NCBI GenBank assembly: GCA_011109175.1
Contig: RDEW01000040.1
Coordinates: 310,001-374,000 of the forward strand
From: Dicyema japonicum
Lineage: Eukaryota > Animalia > Dicyemida
Direction: 5' to 3'
Length of the DNA: 64,000 nucleotides
Both the position numbers and the translations under genes were made by a program. Within the stretch, counting starts at the first letter, position 1; every line of letters starts with the position of its first letter. The notes below the pieces were generated by a model. The model ran no database searches. It saw only the letters and a program-made list of their open reading frames with translations, and was not told the origin of the DNA. This document shows positions 63,662 to 64,000 of the stretch, piece after piece.

Positions 63662-63965
63662 AACCCGTGTGGTGCCAACGTTATCGTGGTTACATGTGGC
63701 TACTTGATTCAAGATTTCTGTTTGTTTCATATGTTCCTCCTCTCACCTTTTCTACTAGAGTGATGACACGAAAAAGGATTATTTACTCTCCCCACTCAAC
63801 TGGAGGGGTTTCCACAACTGCAATGAATGGACGTCTTTTACTTTTCATTCTGGTTCTGATGGACTTGTCTGACTTTGAAGGACTCTGTGACAATGAGAAC
63901 TAAATACATTAGATTTAACTGTTTACTTCTTTCTCGATGTATCTGGAATTAATAATGATAATAAT
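63662..63965 (+). mobile_element. SINE-like family B copy
   Basis: CCCCACTCAACTGGAGGGGTTTCCACAACTGCA..TGGACGTCTT core shared with 9715-10040; ends CTTCTTTCTCGATGTATCTGGAATTAATAATGATATAATAAT. Confidence 0.8.
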
Positions 63966-64000
63966 CACGAACACGACCTCGACATCTTTGAAGATCCTAA

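Overview
AT-rich eukaryotic nuclear DNA, almost certainly from a reduced metazoan. A dicyemid or myxozoan parasite would fit, but the taxon is inference only. Eleven compact host genes can be reconstructed by hand: Snapin, a DHHC palmitoyltransferase, a U1A/U2B''/SNF snRNP protein, two tandem inward-rectifier K+ channels, an orphan alpha-helical protein, a PWWP protein, a catalytically degenerate PLC-like protein, a catalytically degenerate MDH1-like protein, Arp2 and a minimal BRI3. A twelfth gene at 61.9-62.8 kb is uncertain. All except the Kir genes are split by tiny GT-AG introns of 21-28 nt (mode 22-23 nt), which is why the ORF track shows only fragments. The genes sit among decayed transposons: at least 14 CRE-clade (RLE) retrotransposon pieces, RTE, L2/CR1/Jockey-like and R4/Dong-like LINEs, two short dispersed SINE-like families, pogo/Tigger, hAT and Ginger-like elements, plus one degenerate tRNA-Ser. 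The assembly has two N gaps and many short tandem duplications, often joined by a single n, so some oddities may be artefacts. No rRNA or CRISPR was found. All gene models and family calls come from manual translation and remembered family motifs; no searches were run. Transposon boundaries are approximate.
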